Of a stretch of DNA of 64,000 bases, positions 21,036-29,262 are shown one piece after another (position 1 is the stretch's first letter; each line of letters starts with the position of its first letter). A model generated the notes under the pieces. The model was not told where the DNA came from and did no database searches. It was given only the letters and a program-made list of their open reading frames with translations. Source of the stretch: Candidatus Uhrbacteria bacterium (GTDB taxonomy: Bacteria; Patescibacteriota; Patescibacteriia; UBA9934); NCBI GenBank assembly GCA_943359345.1, contig CALRHE010000003.1:82-64081 (forward strand), in the 5' to 3' direction. The translations under genes and the position numbers were made by a program.

Positions 21036-21077
21036 CATGCGTGGCCAGTAATCAGAAAAGAGTGTTAAAATAGGGCC

Positions 21078-21584
21078 ATGCACGATGATCTTAGAGAAGG
21101 CGTGAATCTGCTTAGCCCTGAGGCAGGCCCGCGGGCAACCGAGGCGGGTTTTGAAGTTGAAGACGCTGCACCCGAGTCAGCTCCACGACGTGATGAAACT
21201 TCTAGTCTTGATAAGCAGCAGCTGGCAAACGTCAAAGCAACCATCATCTACCAGTCGCCGACAGTTGAGTTACCCAGCAAAGATCCGGTCCTAACTAGAA
21301 TTGAAGATATTTTGGCAGAGAATTTGGGGGAGCTTTACTCACAATTGCCCGAGGACAAGCGTGAAGCTTTTAAACACAAGGGTGAAGAAGTGGCTAGCGC
21401 CATTCACGCCATGATGACTACGGCCCGAGTTAAAGCTCATCAGATTTTAAGGTTGCTCGGGGATTGGCTACACCTGATCCCTGGAGTCAACGTGTATTTT
21501 TTGCAACAGGAAGCCAAGCTTAAGCTGGATAAGGTTATGGACTACGTGGATGAACAAGCTAAGTCATCACAAGACGTCATGTGA
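21078..21584 (+). CDS. Hypothetical protein translationally coupled (ATGA overlap) to the downstream ATPase.
   Basis: ORF of 168 aa with no recognisable motifs and no TM helix. Its stop overlaps the start of the 835-aa ATPase. Confidence 0.45.
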   Translation: MHDDLREGVNLLSPEAGPRATEAGFEVEDAAPESAPRRDETSSLDKQQLANVKATIIYQSPTVELPSKDPVLTRIEDILAENLGELYSQLPEDKREAFKHKGEEVASAIHAMMTTARVKAHQILRLLGDWLHLIPGVNVYFLQQEAKLKLDKVMDYVDEQAKSSQDVM

Positions 21585-24088
21585 TTGGTGCTCAACAACT
21601 CCAAGCTATCTTAATGTCAGTTCTGCCGACGCTCATCATTTTGGGAGTTCTTTTAGTTATTCTCAGTTTGGCTGCTTGGAAGCTGCGCCGGCGCTTTATG
21701 AAGCGAGCCCAAGCCCGTGATGGGGCCAATACCTTGGTTACCTTGCGCATCACGATTCCACGTTTTAAAAATGATGAAGACACCAAGCAGGCTGACAATT
21801 CAAGCAATCAGAAAGATAAGATCGCTGTGGCGGAAACTTTATTCTCGGCTTTGGGTGGACTCAAGCCGGAGCGAGGTTTTTGGAGCTGGTTAGTCGGGCG
21901 CACCGATAACTTTGCGCTTGAGATTGTGGCCCACGAAAAACTTGTGACTTTTTACGTCACAGTACCCCGTCGTTATCAAGAATTTGTAGAACAGCAAATT
22001 CATGCGCAGTGGAGCGACACCTTTGTTGAGCCGGTCGAGGATTACAACATGTTTGCGCCTACTGGCACAGTTGTGGCCGGTTACTTGAAATTTAAGAAAG
22101 AAAACTTATTACCGCTAAAAACTTATAAAGATATTGACGGCGACCCTTTGAACGCACTTACAAACGCCCTGTCTAAGGTGGGGGAGAGTGACGGCCTGGC
22201 CATTCAATACGTATTGCGACCGGCAGCTAGTGGTTGGAGATCGCTCGGTTTGAAGGTCGTCAAAAACATGCAGGCGGGCATGACGTTTAATGAGGCTAAG
22301 CACGGTAAAAAATCACACAGTTGGTTTGCTAACAAGGATACGCTCGAAAAAGACAAGGAAAAAATGCGTGAACGCAAACTTTCGTCCGCCGAAACCAAGA
22401 TGCTTGAAGGTATTGAGAATAAGCTCAGTAAAGCCGCGCTAGAGACCACCATTCGGGTAGTGGCTTCGGCTGGCACCAGCGAGCAAGCCATGATGTATCT
22501 GACTAATGTCTTACAGGCTTTTGGCCAATACAACATTTACGAGTACGGTAATGCTTTTGAGAAGAGTATTCCGTCTTCCAGACACGCCATCATCGAGGGT
22601 TTTATTTTCCGCACGCATAGTTCTAAGCATAGCTTGATTTTGACCACTGAAGAGCTGGCTAGTTTGTGGCACTTGCCGTTGCCCACCACTGAAACCCCGA
22701 ATATTCGCTGGATGAATGCGCGTACAGCGCCGGCACCCACCAACACCCCAACCAGCGGTTTGCACCTGGGTTTCAATGTCTACCGTGGTCGCCAGACCGA
22801 GATTTACATGCAGGACGCTGATCGACGGCGTCACATGTACATGATCGGTAAAACTGGTTCTGGTAAGACTGAGTTAATCAAGAACCTGGCCCTACAAGAT
22901 ATCAAAAATGGTAAAGGCGTAGCTGTGATTGATCCGCACGGTGATTTGGCCGACGACTTGTTGGGCTTGATTCCCAAGGAACGCTTGGATGACGTGATTT
23001 ATTTCAACCCTTCTGACCTAGAGCGTCCGATGGGCTTGAATATGCTTGAGGCGCCTGATGAAAACATGCGAGATTTTGTGGTCCAGGAAATGATCAGTAT
23101 TTTCTACATGTTATTTCCGCCGGAGATGATCGGTCCTATGTTCGAGCACAACATGCGTAACTACATGTTGACACTCATGGCCGACGTGGATAATCCTGGC
23201 ACCATTGTTGAGATCCCGCGCATGATTTCCGATGACGCTTTTCAAAAAGCCTGGGTGGCCAAGGTTAAGGATCCGCTCGTGCGGTCTTTCTGGGAAGACG
23301 AAATGGCTAAAACCTCTGATTATCACAAGAGTGAAATGATGGGCTACCTGGTGTCTAAGGTAGGTCGGTTTGTAGAGAACGAAATGATGCGCAATATCAT
23401 CGGGCAGACTAAGTCTGCTTTCAATTTCAGGGACATCATGGATAACGGCAAGATTTTGTTGGTTAACTTGTCGAAAGGTAAAACTGGTGAAGTTAACGCC
23501 TCACTTCTTGGTTTGATTTTAGTGGCTAAATTACAGATGGCCGCATTCTCTAGAGCCGATGTGCCTGAAGATCAACGACAAGACTTTTATTTGTACATTG
23601 ACGAATTCCAGAACTTCGTGACCCCTTCAATTGCGACCATTCTGTCTGAGGCTCGGAAGTATCGCCTGAATTTAGTGCTTGCTCACCAGTACATGGGGCA
23701 GCTGGTGCGTGATGGCAAGCCAGAAATCCGTGACGCTGTGCTTGGTAACGTCGGTACCATGATGGTGGCCCGGGTTGGTCCTGAGGATATTGAAACACTA
23801 GGTAAAGTGTTCGAACCAACGTTTACCGGGCATGATTTAATGAATACCGACATGTTCACTTGGAACGTGAAGATGATCATCAACAACGCTCAAGCCAAAC
23901 CGTTTACCATGGAAGCTTATCCGCCCACCAAGGCCAGCCGACAGGTGGCCGAGGCCCTTAAGGACATTTCTCGTCTCCAGTACGGGCAGGATAAAGATTC
24001 AGTCGCCAATGACATTTTAGAGCGAGCTGGCTATGCCTCACGTAAGCAGGTTCCTCCCACACCACCGTCGGTACCAACGAGTTTATAG
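21581..24088 (+). CDS. Membrane-anchored VirB4/VirD4-superfamily (TraC/TrbE/TraG-like) type-IV-secretion-type ATPase.
   Basis: N-terminal TM helix. A Walker A (GKTGSGKT) at about residue 425 is followed by a VIDPHGD motif, then Walker B (YIDEFQNF) and an LVLAHQYMGQL (ATQS-like) motif. Confidence 0.55.
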   Translation: MIGAQQLQAILMSVLPTLIILGVLLVILSLAAWKLRRRFMKRAQARDGANTLVTLRITIPRFKNDEDTKQADNSSNQKDKIAVAETLFSALGGLKPERGFWSWLVGRTDNFALEIVAHEKLVTFYVTVPRRYQEFVEQQIHAQWSDTFVEPVEDYNMFAPTGTVVAGYLKFKKENLLPLKTYKDIDGDPLNALTNALSKVGESDGLAIQYVLRPAASGWRSLGLKVVKNMQAGMTFNEAKHGKKSHSWFANKDTLEKDKEKMRERKLSSAETKMLEGIENKLSKAALETTIRVVASAGTSEQAMMYLTNVLQAFGQYNIYEYGNAFEKSIPSSRHAIIEGFIFRTHSSKHSLILTTEELASLWHLPLPTTETPNIRWMNARTAPAPTNTPTSGLHLGFNVYRGRQTEIYMQDADRRRHMYMIGKTGSGKTELIKNLALQDIKNGKGVAVIDPHGDLADDLLGLIPKERLDDVIYFNPSDLERPMGLNMLEAPDENMRDFVVQEMISIFYMLFPPEMIGPMFEHNMRNYMLTLMADVDNPGTIVEIPRMISDDAFQKAWVAKVKDPLVRSFWEDEMAKTSDYHKSEMMGYLVSKVGRFVENEMMRNIIGQTKSAFNFRDIMDNGKILLVNLSKGKTGEVNASLLGLILVAKLQMAAFSRADVPEDQRQDFYLYIDEFQNFVTPSIATILSEARKYRLNLVLAHQYMGQLVRDGKPEIRDAVLGNVGTMMVARVGPEDIETLGKVFEPTFTGHDLMNTDMFTWNVKMIINNAQAKPFTMEAYPPTKASRQVAEALKDISRLQYGQDKDSVANDILERAGYASRKQVPPTPPSVPTSL

Positions 24089-24090
24089 GT

Positions 24091-24207
24091 TTAGAAATTA
24101 CAAAATTAGATATTAGCAGAGAATAGAAAAGAGTACTTAGAATCGTTCCGTTTCAGTCAAATTTCTATTCTCTAATAGCTGCTAATATCTAATTTTGTAA
24201 TTTCTAA
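24091..24207. repeat. Family-2 AT-rich palindromic element, copy 1 (core ATTACAAAATTAGATATTAGCAG in both arms).
   Basis: Inverted repeat of about 40 bp (24091-24129 versus 24162-24207) with a 32-nt loop and one 6-nt indel (CTATTA) between arms. A second copy lies at 30506-30618. Confidence 0.75.
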
Positions 24208-24230
24208 TCCGTAGGGTAATATTCCGCCAT

Positions 24231-25841
24231 ATGGTCGAAGCACTCTATCGTAAATATCGTCCATCAACGTTTGCGGCCGTGGCTGAACAGCAACACGTGG
24301 TGCGGACCGTCTCAAATCAGCTGGCAGCCGGCAAGGTAGCCCATGCTTACTTGTTTGCAGGACCGCGTGGCGTTGGGAAAACCACCATCGCTCGTTTGTT
24401 GGCCAAGGCTTTAAATTGCGAAGGTCGAGCACCTGGCTCAGCTGAACCTTGTAATCAATGTTCAATTTGTATTGATGCCAATGGCGGACGTTTTCTGGAT
24501 ACGGTTGAGATCGACGCCGCTTCGCAAACCAAAGTTGAAGAGACACGTGAAAATATTATCGAGACGGTTCGGTTTGCGCCTTCGCGTGGTAAGTTTAAGG
24601 TTTTCATTATCGATGAGGTTCACATGTTGTCGACCTCGTCCTTTAACGCGCTTTTAAAGACCCTTGAAGAGCCGCCGTCCCACGTGGTGTTTATTTTGGC
24701 CACCACGGAATTGCATAAGATTCCCGCTACGATTATTTCACGTTGCCAACGTTTTGATTTTCATAGGATTCCAGCCAAAGAGATGATTGAACGCTTGCAG
24801 ACTATTGCTACTGCCGAAGGAGTTGAAATTGAGGCCGAGGTCATGGCTGCCATAGCTAGATTATCTGAAGGCTGTTTACGTGATGCTGAGAGTTTACTGG
24901 GTCAGGTGCTGGCGCTTGGTGAGAAAAAAATTACTCTCGAGGTCGCATCTTTGATTATTCCGGCCACTTACGCCGAGGTTGTAACCACTTTAGCTGATGC
25001 CACCACCAAGCGTGATACCACGGCTGTACTTGAGATCGTGAACAAGTTCGTGGAAGACGGTGGTTCAATCCGCCACCTGGTTGACGAATTTATGGAGTTT
25101 ACTCGTTCGCTATTGTTTGCCTCACTCGGGGACACGCATTTTGAGAAATACGATGAAGCCACCCTAAATAAACTCAAAGACTACGCTAAGCGTCTATCAG
25201 CGTCTGAGCTTCAGCAGCTGCTTGATGTGATTTTGACCGCTCGTGGTCGGTCCGCACCCTCCCAATATCCTCAGTTACCCCTTGAGATTGCCCTAGTCGA
25301 GTTTTGCTTGTCCGGGTCTACCCAAGTTCAGCCCCCTGTCGATGACAATTGGGATAACAAGCGTGGCAAAGTAATGGACGACATCTTGCCGCCCTATCGA
25401 CCCACCCCAAAAGTTGAACTGCCTAAGCTACCCGACCTAGCCGTCCTAGCTCCAGCCACACCAGCAGTGAACAGTCAACCGTCAACCTCTCGATTACTTT
25501 CGGGGCAGACGGTCAACGAGTTGGTGACCAACGACGATGTTGCAAGCGTGCGCACTAAATGGGGTCGCTGTGTAGCCATTGTGGGTGAGAAGAATGTGGC
25601 CCTGCCTTTGATTTTGAATAACGCCGAGGTTTTAGGCATCGAAAATGATAAGTTAGTGATTGGTTTTCCTTACCTCATGCACGTGGATAAAATGAACGAG
25701 ATCAAAAATTTACGCCTTATAGAAGAAGCCGTTGAGAGCGTAGTCATGAAAAAGCTTAGCTTAATTTTCGTTCAGCATAAGGCCAAGCAAGACGAAGCTG
25801 TAACCGACCTTCTAGCCGTTTTCGGCGGATCGGTTATCTAG
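24231..25841 (+). CDS. dnaX: DNA polymerase III subunit gamma/tau.
   Basis: AAA+ clamp-loader motifs YRPSTF...GPRGVGKTT, a zinc module CNQCSIC and the SRC motif (ISRCQRF). Confidence 0.85.
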   Translation: MVEALYRKYRPSTFAAVAEQQHVVRTVSNQLAAGKVAHAYLFAGPRGVGKTTIARLLAKALNCEGRAPGSAEPCNQCSICIDANGGRFLDTVEIDAASQTKVEETRENIIETVRFAPSRGKFKVFIIDEVHMLSTSSFNALLKTLEEPPSHVVFILATTELHKIPATIISRCQRFDFHRIPAKEMIERLQTIATAEGVEIEAEVMAAIARLSEGCLRDAESLLGQVLALGEKKITLEVASLIIPATYAEVVTTLADATTKRDTTAVLEIVNKFVEDGGSIRHLVDEFMEFTRSLLFASLGDTHFEKYDEATLNKLKDYAKRLSASELQQLLDVILTARGRSAPSQYPQLPLEIALVEFCLSGSTQVQPPVDDNWDNKRGKVMDDILPPYRPTPKVELPKLPDLAVLAPATPAVNSQPSTSRLLSGQTVNELVTNDDVASVRTKWGRCVAIVGEKNVALPLILNNAEVLGIENDKLVIGFPYLMHVDKMNEIKNLRLIEEAVESVVMKKLSLIFVQHKAKQDEAVTDLLAVFGGSVI

Positions 25842-26051
25842 TCATCGTTGTTTTGCAGGCCTATTTAGACTTGCGGAAAATCATAATTTAAGCTATTCTA
25901 GACCAGGATTTTGCAACGTTTGAAGAGGCGGTGATTTATTTGAGAATAGTTCTAGGAGATGATTGAGTAAGGCCGAGGCGTATATATGAAACGGGGAGGC
26001 CGACGGAAATCGACGACAACGAAATATTCCAAATCAATAATTGCCTAGTAT

Positions 26052-26125
26052 TCCGGGATCGTCTAAAGGCAGGACGAGGGACTCTGAATCCCTTAATCTT
26101 GGTTCGAATCCAAGTCCCGGAACCA
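26052..26125 (+). tRNA. tRNA-Gln (anticodon CUG), with an encoded CCA end.
   Basis: Manual cloverleaf fold. Acceptor TCCGGGA/TCCCGGA (U1:A72 as in bacterial tRNA-Gln), D-stem GTCT/GGAC with a GG loop, anticodon stem AGGGA/TCCCT, loop CT-CTG-AA, T-arm CTTGG-TTCGAAT-CCAAG, discriminator A and CCA. Confidence 0.85.
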
Positions 26126-26166
26126 CAAAAACACCTTTGCTTCGGCGGAGGTGTTTTTGTGGTTCC
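26125..26166 (+). terminator. Long hairpin capped by a UUCG tetraloop, acting as an intrinsic terminator after tRNA-Gln.
   Basis: ACAAAAACACCUUUGC-UUCG-GCGGAGGUGUUUUUGU. The inner GC-rich stem is followed by a U5 tract. Together with the tRNA 3' end it forms a 56-nt palindrome (26115-26170). Confidence 0.6.
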
Positions 26167-26292
26167 GGGACAGAGAAAGCCACCTGCTTGGCTTTCGACG
26201 GATTCGAACGCCGGAGCGATGTGCAGATACCAATCGGCACTGCGAGGCGGTGGCCAGGCCGATGGGAGTGACGGCGACCCGAGAGCCGAGGC

Positions 26293-26313
26293 CGAATCCA
26301 AGTCCCGGAACCA
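26293..26313 (+). repeat. Direct duplicate of the 21-nt 3' end of tRNA-Gln (CGAATCCAAGTCCCGGAACCA), an att-like integration scar.
   Basis: Identical to 26105-26125. There is no upstream D-arm or T-stem partner, so it is a fragment and not a second tRNA. Confidence 0.7.
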
Positions 26314-26385
26314 TCACGACCTGTTCCTACAGACCCACCTTCGCTGATTAGCTTCGGTGGGCAAGCCGGGACAGGGGGTGACCAA

Positions 26386-26420
26386 GAAAACCCGTACTCT
26401 GCATTGAGTACGGGTTTTCG
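26386..26420. terminator. Bidirectional intrinsic terminator (GAAAA-CCCGTACTC-tgcatt-GAGTACGGG-TTTTCG).
   Basis: A 9-bp perfect stem with an A-tract upstream and a U-tract downstream. It lies just past the 3' end of the minus-strand recombinase fragment. Confidence 0.7.
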
Positions 26421-26445
26421 ATTGGATCTAGTGTTCAATGCTCTT

Positions 26446-26736
26446 TTACAAATGAGCGAGATGCTGTTCGAGTTCGCGGATAAACCCCTGATCCACCATA
26501 TCCACGATTGTCCCAAAATCCCTTGCGTTACGGTTCAAGCGATCTGGTGCCCAGGCAAGGATGCCGTCGAACCGCTTCAGCTTTATATCGTCAATGAGAC
26601 GATTGAATTCTGGTCGTTGGCCTGACGCCTTGGCTGAATGGCTTTCACGACGTATCTCGGTGACGAGCAATCCGTCTCGTTCCGCCGTGGCAAGCATCTC
26701 TTTCACCTGTGCTTCGAAGCTCCCTATATTCTCCAT
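26446..26736 (-). pseudogene. Truncated serine recombinase (resolvase/invertase catalytic domain only, 96 aa).
   Basis: IGSFEAQ (catalytic Ser/Gln position), SGQRPEFNRLIDDI and ILAWAPDRLNRNARDF match the resolvase core (RVSTxxQ ... SGxxxxRPxLxxLL ... VVxKLDRLGRS). The ORF stops right after helix D and has no E-helix or HTH domain. Confidence 0.6.
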
Positions 26737-26750
26737 ACGTTCGCCTTGTT

Positions 26751-26776
26751 ATGTGGCATGGACATTAATGCCACAT
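26751..26776. promoter_or_regulatory. 26-bp dyad (ATGTGGCATGGA-CA-TTAATGCCACAT), a candidate recombinase crossover/binding site.
   Basis: The 9-bp perfect arms extend to 12-bp half-sites matching 10 of 12 around a central CA dinucleotide. It lies 15 nt upstream of the recombinase fragment start. hix/gix/res subsites have the same 26-bp size and architecture. Confidence 0.45.
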
Positions 26777-26854
26777 TTGTCCGGGGTGCCTAGTCCGGGG
26801 AGTAGGTAAGTTATATGGAGTAAAAAGGTCGTTTCGTGATAAAATAATTACAAT

Positions 26855-28561
26855 ATGGCTCCTCGAGAATTTCCGCGATCCCCCGAACATCAACAACAAA
26901 GAGATGAGCTCGCTCGATCCGTTAAAGTGGACCGACAAGAACGCGACGAACTTAGACAGGAGTCCAAAACGCTTACAGGGCGGTTGCGGAAAGTTCTTGG
27001 CGGTAAAGATGCAAACGCGTTGGCGGATGTGGCGGCGAGGTCGGCCGATGAAAAACTGGCAGTTGGTCGAAGCGGGCTTGAGACAAAAGAGCGGGCACAT
27101 GAGTGGGATCAACTTGCCTTTACGCTGGAAAAAGCCGAGGAATTCGTTCGGCGAATACCGAGTATCGCAGAAGATGAAACGGAAAAGATGTGGCGAGCCG
27201 TGACTTCTCATCGTTCAGTTTTTGAAGAAGCATTGCAGGATTCGGAACGCGCAGGAGTCGTTCTCAAGCACCTCTCCTGGTTTTCACGTAATGGACGAGG
27301 AGCAAGTGGAAATGAGGCCGAAGCTGAATACTTCACATGGGTTCGTGAGCATCTGCCGTTTGTTGCAAGCTTGGCGGAAAAAGATGACGTAAATGCTCGT
27401 GGTGGATTTGCACGGGCGTTGGTCGACCTTTGGCGAAGGGTTCCCGAATCCCGAGATGAAGTTATCGCAATAATAAATGCGCATATAGATGTTATTGATG
27501 GTCTCGCGCGTACTGCAGAAGCGGATGCGGATTTTGCAGAGGCGCGGTCACTGCTTGGTGTTGTGCTTCGAAAGGGATCAAAAGAGGCAAAGGCTCAGGT
27601 AATGGAAAGTATCGGGTCGGTTTTTCGTCAGAAAGGCCAGCGCGCTGAAGATATTGTACGACTTGTATTTGATTGCGTGGGAGAGAATGTTAAAGATAGT
27701 GATGCGCTTGAACGGTCATTTGTCGCAAAACTTGCCGAAGCCTACGATATGCAGCCCGAGGGCTTGCTTCATGCATGGCGACTGTCACACGATAGAGGCG
27801 CAACGGTAGAACATATGCGATCGCTCTGTCGTCTTGAAGAACAAAGCCCTGGTGCGGCAAAACGTTTGGATGAAGATTTTGGCGTTCGCGCCTTCGCACG
27901 GTATCCTATAGAATTGCTCCTCCGACAAGCAGCCGATGCGGATAAAGGAAAGCCTTATGGCGTAATCATCATGGCGCGTGGCGATCATAACGGGAGTTTT
28001 CATCGACAAGCCTATAAGTGGTCGGATTTATTGAAAGATATAGGCGATACTCACGCTATCCGTATCATCGAAGCAGAAAGTAAGGATGAACTCACTGCGT
28101 ATGTATTAGGCATGTACCAGCGATATCAAGAGGACGGAAAGATATCGTTCGTACACATGAACGGTCACGGAAGTCCAGAGAGCATCAACCTCGGATACGA
28201 ACTCTTGCCATTTCAAGTGGATGAACGATTTGAGTTGCATCGTCTTCCTGGCCGTTTAGAAAAACAGCTCACTAAAAATGATTTATTTGGTGTTGGATAT
28301 CGCGAAGCTATAGGAATTTTTGAAGAGCATCCGACATTTGTACTTTCCTCCTGCTCAACAGGGGCGTCGCTAGGCATCGGACAGGAACTCTCGGCAATGT
28401 ACGGCGCAGAAGTTGTCGCGCCGCGTGATCCGACGAGCTTAGATCATATTCGAGCAAAGGTTGTGGATGGAAGAGTCCAGTTTGACGCCCGTTTCCAGGG
28501 CGGCGATTGGATTACGCGTCACTATGATCGAGGAAGGCTCATCGAGGCCCCTACGGAGTAG
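26855..28561 (+). CDS. Two-domain protein with an N-terminal charged alpha-helical region and a C-terminal caspase/CHAT-like (clan CD, C14-like) peptidase domain.
   Basis: A GVIIMARGDHNGSF beta-strand start leads to ISFVHMNGHG (hydrophobic strand then His-Gly), and about 65 aa later TFVLSSCSTG (hydrophobic strand then Cys). This mirrors the His/Cys dyad arrangement of metacaspase/CHAT domains. The gene is cargo next to the recombinase remnant. Confidence 0.5.
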   Translation: MAPREFPRSPEHQQQRDELARSVKVDRQERDELRQESKTLTGRLRKVLGGKDANALADVAARSADEKLAVGRSGLETKERAHEWDQLAFTLEKAEEFVRRIPSIAEDETEKMWRAVTSHRSVFEEALQDSERAGVVLKHLSWFSRNGRGASGNEAEAEYFTWVREHLPFVASLAEKDDVNARGGFARALVDLWRRVPESRDEVIAIINAHIDVIDGLARTAEADADFAEARSLLGVVLRKGSKEAKAQVMESIGSVFRQKGQRAEDIVRLVFDCVGENVKDSDALERSFVAKLAEAYDMQPEGLLHAWRLSHDRGATVEHMRSLCRLEEQSPGAAKRLDEDFGVRAFARYPIELLLRQAADADKGKPYGVIIMARGDHNGSFHRQAYKWSDLLKDIGDTHAIRIIEAESKDELTAYVLGMYQRYQEDGKISFVHMNGHGSPESINLGYELLPFQVDERFELHRLPGRLEKQLTKNDLFGVGYREAIGIFEEHPTFVLSSCSTGASLGIGQELSAMYGAEVVAPRDPTSLDHIRAKVVDGRVQFDARFQGGDWITRHYDRGRLIEAPTE

Positions 28562-28835
28562 AAACCGGAAGGGTTTTTCAGTGAGACATAGGGAGAAGTT
28601 CATATATCGCAATAATATTCCTGATATTAGCCGTAAATGTTTAAATGAGACGCTGTCTCAATACCCCGTATGTAGTGTCTTATTTGTCTCATTTCACCCC
28701 CAAGCCGTGTTCCACTTTGTGCCAGTTTTAACCCTCAGTTCTATCCGACCGGGACAGGGTTGGCAGGCAGGTAGAAGGGTGCCTCAAAGCCCCCTCATAG
28801 GCTCCAATCTAAACCGGGCCGCAGAACCAGTAAAA

Positions 28836-28864
28836 CCCCCAGACTTCGGTCGTGGGGTTTTATT
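28836..28864 (+). terminator. Intrinsic terminator with a UUCG tetraloop (CCCCAGAC-UUCG-GUCgUGGGG followed by UUUUAUU).
   Basis: An 8-bp stem with a 1-nt bulge is flanked by an A-tract and a U-tract. Confidence 0.6.
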
Positions 28865-28878
28865 GACCAGAGACAGTT

Positions 28879-29259
28879 TTGTCTGTACGCTTGCGGCAGT
28901 TTATGAAGCTTTCTGGCCAAGTGGTCCGCGGACAAGGTTTTGCTACGCTTGCTTTTGGTATCCCAACAGCCAATCTAGAGTTTAACGAAGCGATTACTCT
29001 TAAACCGGGTGCTTATGCGGCTTATACTTATGTAGGATCGGAGCGTTACGCATCAGTGGCTTATACGGGTCCGCAGGGGAGTGAAAAATTTGAGGTGCAT
29101 TTATTTGATTTTTCAGGAGATTTATACGATCAGATGCTTGAGATCGAGGTTTTAAAGATGGTAAGCCCCCATGTAGCCTGGGAAAGTGAGGAGCAAATGA
29201 AGGCTAAGGTGGTGGCTGACGTGGAGCTTGCCAAGGCCTACTTTTCCACAGCAATCTAG
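28879..29259 (+). CDS. ribF: Riboflavin kinase (flavokinase domain, monofunctional).
   Basis: GQVVRGQGFATLAFGIPTANL ... EVHLFDFSGDLYDQMLEIEVLKMV matches the flavokinase core (GxVVxGxGRGxxLGFPTANL ... EvHlldFxgDLYG). The start may be the internal Met at 28903. Confidence 0.65.
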   Translation: MSVRLRQFMKLSGQVVRGQGFATLAFGIPTANLEFNEAITLKPGAYAAYTYVGSERYASVAYTGPQGSEKFEVHLFDFSGDLYDQMLEIEVLKMVSPHVAWESEEQMKAKVVADVELAKAYFSTAI

Positions 29260-29262
29260 CCC

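Noticed and set aside
26160-26313. Possible second tRNA or tRNA-like RNA ending in the duplicated ...TCCCGGAACCA, with the inverted acceptor sequence at 26161-26170 as its 5' strand.
   Set aside because: There is no D-arm, anticodon arm or T-stem 5' strand. Only the last 21 nt of the tRNA are duplicated. It is better explained as an att-like scar plus a palindromic terminator.
25936-26516. Cluster of overlapping ORFs on both strands around 26000-26500.
   Set aside because: The region contains tRNA-Gln, two intrinsic terminators and the att-like repeat. The ORFs are artefacts of the GC-rich structured RNA sequence.
28700-28870. FMN riboswitch upstream of the riboflavin kinase gene (CCGACCGG, AGAAGGGTG).
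   Set aside because: The short matches are out of order relative to the RFN consensus (GGGGCAGGGUGAAAUUCCC ... AGUCUGGAUG are missing). Riboflavin kinase genes are also not typical RFN targets.
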